Of a stretch of DNA of 64,000 bases, positions 60,141-64,000 are shown piece after piece. The stretch's first letter is position 1. Every line of letters begins with the position of its first letter. Source of the DNA: Desulfobacterales bacterium (GTDB taxonomy: Bacteria; Desulfobacterota; Desulfobacteria; Desulfobacterales; UBA5852); assembly GCA_963674755.2 (NCBI GenBank), contig CAXXVS010000002.1, positions 736,001 to 800,000 on the forward strand, in the 5' to 3' direction. The notes beneath the pieces are model-generated. The model was not told where the DNA came from and searched no databases. It was given only the letters and a program-made list of their open reading frames with translations. The translations under genes were made by a program, and so were the position numbers.

Positions 60141-60328
60141 TCCCGCCCGCTAACCGCCAACGCGATCGCCCGGATGCTTTCCAAGCACCGGGCGCTTTTT
60201 GTTTGTAGCCGGGCCGACTTGCCAAGGGCCAGTTGGTTCCTATCATGAGATCAAACCGAACCATCGCATCGACCATGAAAATTCGCCTGTGCAGGTCTCG
60301 GGCGGAATATCGTGAAAGGAGACTTATT

Positions 60329-61243
60329 GTGAGAACCGATTGTCGATCCGTCGTTCTGGCGTCCCTGGCTGCCGATGCGCTCGCCCTGGGCGCCCATTGG
60401 ATATACGATACCCATCAGATTGATGCCCAAATCGGTCGGGTGGACCAGTTGCGAACCCCGCTGCCCTCATCGTTCCATACTAACAAGAAGCGCGGGGACT
60501 TTACGCATTATGGGGATCAAACGGTTTTGCTGCTAGATTTTCTTGCGGAGACCGGCCGTTTTGACGGCCCTTTATTTTCACGGCGGTGGCAGGACTATTT
60601 CAAGGATTATACCGGCTACCGGGACCACGCCACCAAAGAAACGTTGCAGGGGCTTGAAGAAGGGCGGTCTCCCGAAGAGGCCGGATCGGCATCCTCCGAT
60701 CTGGGTGGGGCGGCCCGCATTGCACCGCTGGTCTTTCGCTACCACGCAGATGAGGATGCTTTGGCGGCGGCTGTCCGGCAACAGACCGCCCTGACCCACC
60801 GGCATCCGGATGTCGTTGACAGTGCCGCCTTCTGGGCACGGGTGACGACGGCCGTCCTGGGGGGCCAGACACCCTTGCAGGCCTTGCAGGACGTCCTCCA
60901 ATCCTATTATAATCGTTCCCCTTTCGACCGCTGGGTGACCCGCGGCATCGACAGCCGCGAAATGACTACCCGGGCGGCCATCGGGCAATTCGGTCAGGCC
61001 TGCGATGTGGGCGCCGCTTTCCCCGGTGTCGTTCACCTGATTGCCAAATATCAGGACGATCCCCGTAGCGGGCTAGTCGCGAACGTCATGGCCGGCGGCG
61101 ATTCGGCCGCGCGGGGATTGCTGGCGGGAATGGTTTTCGGCGCTTTTGCCGGAAGGGAAGCGGTCGACCCCGATTGGGTGACAGGCTTGAACGACCTTCG
61201 CCGGATTGAATCGGATCTGGATCGGCTGTCGTCGGCGGGGTGA
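60329..61243 (+). CDS. ADP-ribosylglycohydrolase family protein
   Basis: ADALAL, THYGDQ, RIAP, LTH and AGGDSAARG; GTG start behind AAAGGAG. Confidence 0.85.
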   Translation: MRTDCRSVVLASLAADALALGAHWIYDTHQIDAQIGRVDQLRTPLPSSFHTNKKRGDFTHYGDQTVLLLDFLAETGRFDGPLFSRRWQDYFKDYTGYRDHATKETLQGLEEGRSPEEAGSASSDLGGAARIAPLVFRYHADEDALAAAVRQQTALTHRHPDVVDSAAFWARVTTAVLGGQTPLQALQDVLQSYYNRSPFDRWVTRGIDSREMTTRAAIGQFGQACDVGAAFPGVVHLIAKYQDDPRSGLVANVMAGGDSAARGLLAGMVFGAFAGREAVDPDWVTGLNDLRRIESDLDRLSSAG

Positions 61244-61246
61244 AAT

Positions 61247-61687
61247 ATGAAATGGCTGCTGGCCATCCTGGCAATGGTTTATGTCTTGGTTCCCTGGGAT
61301 GTGCTGCCGGATTTTTTGGTCGGCTTGGGCTGGCTGGATGATCTCCTGCTGGCCGGTCTGGTCTGGTATTTCTTTTTCAGAAGGAGCGAAAGACCCACTG
61401 GGCAAAACGATCCGGGGGCGAACAGCGGTTCAGCGCACAGGCACCAACAGTCGCAGCAAAAGACGGCCAATGAAGCCGGCGATGCCGAAGCGGCACGGGA
61501 TCCCTATCGTATTCTGGAATTACAACCCGGTGCCGGTCAGACGGAAATCCGGGCGGCTTATCGTCGATTGGCCACCCGCTATCATCCGGATAAAGTGGCC
61601 CATCTGGGGGAAGATTTCCAAGCCCTGGCCGAAAAAAAATTCAAAGCCATTCAAGCGGCTTACGACATGCTGCGCCAGCACCGCTAA
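61247..61687 (+). CDS. DUF1232 (YkvA) plus J-domain protein
   Basis: YVLVPWDVLPDFLVGLGWLDD, then DPYRIL...AYRRLATRYHPDK...IQAAY. Confidence 0.88.
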   Translation: MKWLLAILAMVYVLVPWDVLPDFLVGLGWLDDLLLAGLVWYFFFRRSERPTGQNDPGANSGSAHRHQQSQQKTANEAGDAEAARDPYRILELQPGAGQTEIRAAYRRLATRYHPDKVAHLGEDFQALAEKKFKAIQAAYDMLRQHR

Positions 61688-61703
61688 AGGTCCTAACAAC
61701 CGT

Positions 61704-62405
61704 CTAGTCAGGCTCGTTGATGAGCATGGTGGCCGGGTCGAAGCGTACGGCTGTATTGCACCGGAGATTTTCAAACCCCTTGAGGATACAGATGTGGATG
61801 TCCTGGCCCTCCGGCTGCAATTGCACCGCCACCTCGAACAGATCCTGCAGGGATGACAACTGCGGGGGCATACCGTCCGGCAGCGGTGTTTCATGGCGAT
61901 GGGTCCGCACCGTAAACCAGCATCGTACCCCGGTCTCGACGCTCAATTCTTTCAGCTCTTCGAGCTGGCCGCGGATATCGCCTTCAAAGGGCATTCCGTC
62001 CACGATGAGGGTGTGCGGCCGGAAGATACTCTGCTCCATCAAATCGGTCATCCGTTCCCTGAGTTTCGGTACACTGAAGCCTTCCACCTTGAAGGTCATG
62101 ATGAAACGGCGGGGCAGCACGTCGTCCCACAAGGGGGAGGACGCCTTCAAATGACGCTTTTGCGTCAACAGATTAAAAACCTCCTGGTACCACAGGGTGA
62201 CCTTATCCACCGGGTCTTCCAGGCTGACATGCAGAACGTTGCGATCCTGCAGCATGGTATACAGGGCAATCTGAACCAGGAAGGCGGTTTTGCCGATACC
62301 GGCGCGGGCCAGGACTGCTCCGAAAGCGCCGTCCGGCAAACTGTCCTCCGAAGTCAGGCCCAATTGGTGAAGCGGATTTTTTAACAACAGGTCCTTTTTC
62401 ATCAT
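61704..62405 (-). CDS. RecA/KaiC/DnaB-like P-loop ATPase
   Basis: ARAGIGKT Walker A, VLHVSLE and LIVDG Walker B. Confidence 0.75.
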   Translation of the reverse strand: MMKKDLLLKNPLHQLGLTSEDSLPDGAFGAVLARAGIGKTAFLVQIALYTMLQDRNVLHVSLEDPVDKVTLWYQEVFNLLTQKRHLKASSPLWDDVLPRRFIMTFKVEGFSVPKLRERMTDLMEQSIFRPHTLIVDGMPFEGDIRGQLEELKELSVETGVRCWFTVRTHRHETPLPDGMPPQLSSLQDLFEVAVQLQPEGQDIHICILKGFENLRCNTAVRFDPATMLINEPD

Positions 62406-62623
62406 GGTCAGGTTCCTTTTCCTGATGGTGATGAGTCGTCCGCAGGGCCCCCGGGAGGCGGATTCAAGGCAGGGGACCGATGTCGTTCCGACAGGTTGTG
62501 CTCGAACGGGCAAGGGCCGTACAAACGGTGATAGCGTGCCTTTCAACAACCCGTCTCCTTTGAGCGTTGGTAAGAGGTGCGGGGCGCCTGGTCGTGCTCC
62601 CGCGACCGATCAGATCGCTGCCA

Positions 62624-64000
62624 TCAGGCCACTTTTTTCTTTTCCGCCTGGCGCTGTTTCTCAAGCTCCTCGGCCACGGATTGCGGCACTTGCCGGTAGG
62701 TCGCAAATTCCATGGTAAATTGCGCCTTGCCCTGGGTAAGGGAGCGCAGCACCGTGGAATACCCGAACATCTCGGCCAACGGCACCTGGGACTCGATGGC
62801 GCACTGGATGCCCTCGTCCTGGGAGCCCACGATCATTCCGCGGCGCTGGTTCAGTGATCCCATCACCGCCCCCTGAAATTCGGTGGGGGTTTCGACGACC
62901 ACCTTCATGACCGGCTCCTGGATGATGGGTTTGGCCTTGGCATAGCCCTGCAGAAAAGCCCCTCGGGCAGCGGCCTGAAAGGCCATATCGGAAGAATCCA
63001 CCGCGTGGGAGGCGCCGTCGTTGATGACAACCCGGACACCGGTGACCGGGAATTCCATCTTAGGGCCCTTGGCCAGACAATTGCGAAAGCCTTTTTCGCA
63101 GGCCGGAATATATTGCGTCGGAATCGATCCGCCCACGACCTTGCTCTCGAATTCGAATTCACCCTCGGCCAGAGGCTCCAGATAACCGGCCACACGGCCG
63201 TACTGGCCGGCCCCGCCGGTCTGTTTCTTGTGGATGTAATCGAATTCCGCCTGGGCCGTAATGGTTTCGCGATAGGCCACCTGGGGCTTGCCGGTGGTGA
63301 CTGAAGCGGCATATTCCCGTTTCATCCGTTCGACGTAAACTTCCAGGTGGAGCTCCCCCATTCCCGATATGATCGTGTCACCGGTTTCCTCGCTGACATA
63401 GGTTTTAAAGGTGGGATCCTCCTTGGTAAAGCGGTTCAAGGCCTTTGACATGTTGATTTCGGCCTTATGATCGTCCGGCTTGATGGCCAGCGAAATGACC
63501 GGTTCCGGCACATACATGGAGGTCATGGTGAGGCTGTGGCCCGGCGTTACAAAGGTGTCTCCGGAAGCACAGTCGATACCGAACAGGGCGCCGATGTAGC
63601 CGGCCGGAATCGCTCCGATGTCTTCCATCTGGTCGGCATGCATCCGAACCACACGGCCGATTTTGACTTTCTTTCCGGTGCGCACGTTGATGACGGTATC
63701 GCCCTTGGCGAGGCGGCCCTGATAGACCCGGATATAGGTCAATTGACCATACTGCCCGTCTTCAAGCTTGAAGGCCAGGGACACCAGGGGATCGTTTTGC
63801 TTGACACTCAGGGTGACGGGCGCTTCCTCATGCTCGGTATCCAGAGCGGTATTTTCCACGTCGGCCGGGCAGGGGAGATAGGCGGAGACAGCGTCCAGCA
63901 AGGGCTGAACCCCCTTGTTTTTATAAGCCGACCCCATGAGGACCGGGGTAATGCCGCGTTGCAAAACACCTTCCCGCAAGGCGTCATAGATCAGCTCGGC
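62624..64000 (-). CDS. fusA: Elongation factor G, 3' part (truncated by window end)
   Basis: GSAYKNKGVQ, EDPTF, GMGELHLE, PQVAYRETI, KKQTGG.GQY, HAVDSS and EMFGYST.LRS.TQG. Confidence 0.97.
   Translation of the reverse strand, partial: AELIYDALREGVLQRGITPVLMGSAYKNKGVQPLLDAVSAYLPCPADVENTALDTEHEEAPVTLSVKQNDPLVSLAFKLEDGQYGQLTYIRVYQGRLAKGDTVINVRTGKKVKIGRVVRMHADQMEDIGAIPAGYIGALFGIDCASGDTFVTPGHSLTMTSMYVPEPVISLAIKPDDHKAEINMSKALNRFTKEDPTFKTYVSEETGDTIISGMGELHLEVYVERMKREYAASVTTGKPQVAYRETITAQAEFDYIHKKQTGGAGQYGRVAGYLEPLAEGEFEFESKVVGGSIPTQYIPACEKGFRNCLAKGPKMEFPVTGVRVVINDGASHAVDSSDMAFQAAARGAFLQGYAKAKPIIQEPVMKVVVETPTEFQGAVMGSLNQRRGMIVGSQDEGIQCAIESQVPLAEMFGYSTVLRSLTQGKAQFTMEFATYRQVPQSVAEELEKQRQAEKKKVA

Noticed and set aside
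1..64000. CRISPR array, IS elements, prophage or defence genes
   Set aside because: No regularly spaced repeats, transposase, integrase, phage or recognisable defence ORFs seen

Overview
A GC-rich (roughly 60%, judged by eye) bacterial chromosomal segment. Gene content and style suggest a sulfate-reducing Desulfobacterota (Desulfobacterales-like) organism; this is an inference. Most of it is housekeeping and transport: tal, pgsA, tRNA-Gly/tRNA-Cys, pyrC, cinA, rlmD, feoA/feoAB, emrAB, proA, HIT, HU, hisN, Fe/Mn-SOD, MltF, a polar amino-acid ABC cluster, three radical SAM genes, ileS-lspA-holA-pyk, livKHMGF, an ADP-ribosylglycohydrolase and a non-str-operon EF-G. I saw no integrase, transposase, CRISPR array or rRNA. 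The most unusual parts are: (i) an AT-rich islet at ~12.6-14.7 kb with an orphan ribbon-helix-helix gene under an A-rich iterated tract, a PilZ gene, a Zn-ribbon gene and a locus readable as either an anti-Shine-Dalgarno sRNA or an antisense 17-aa hydrophobic peptide; (ii) a CBS / beta-helix / CBS / DASS-permease cluster; (iii) a ~140-nt rod-like structured intergenic element downstream of HU; (iv) a class III aminotransferase with Asn in place of the PLP-binding Asp. All calls come from motif recognition by eye and no searches were run.
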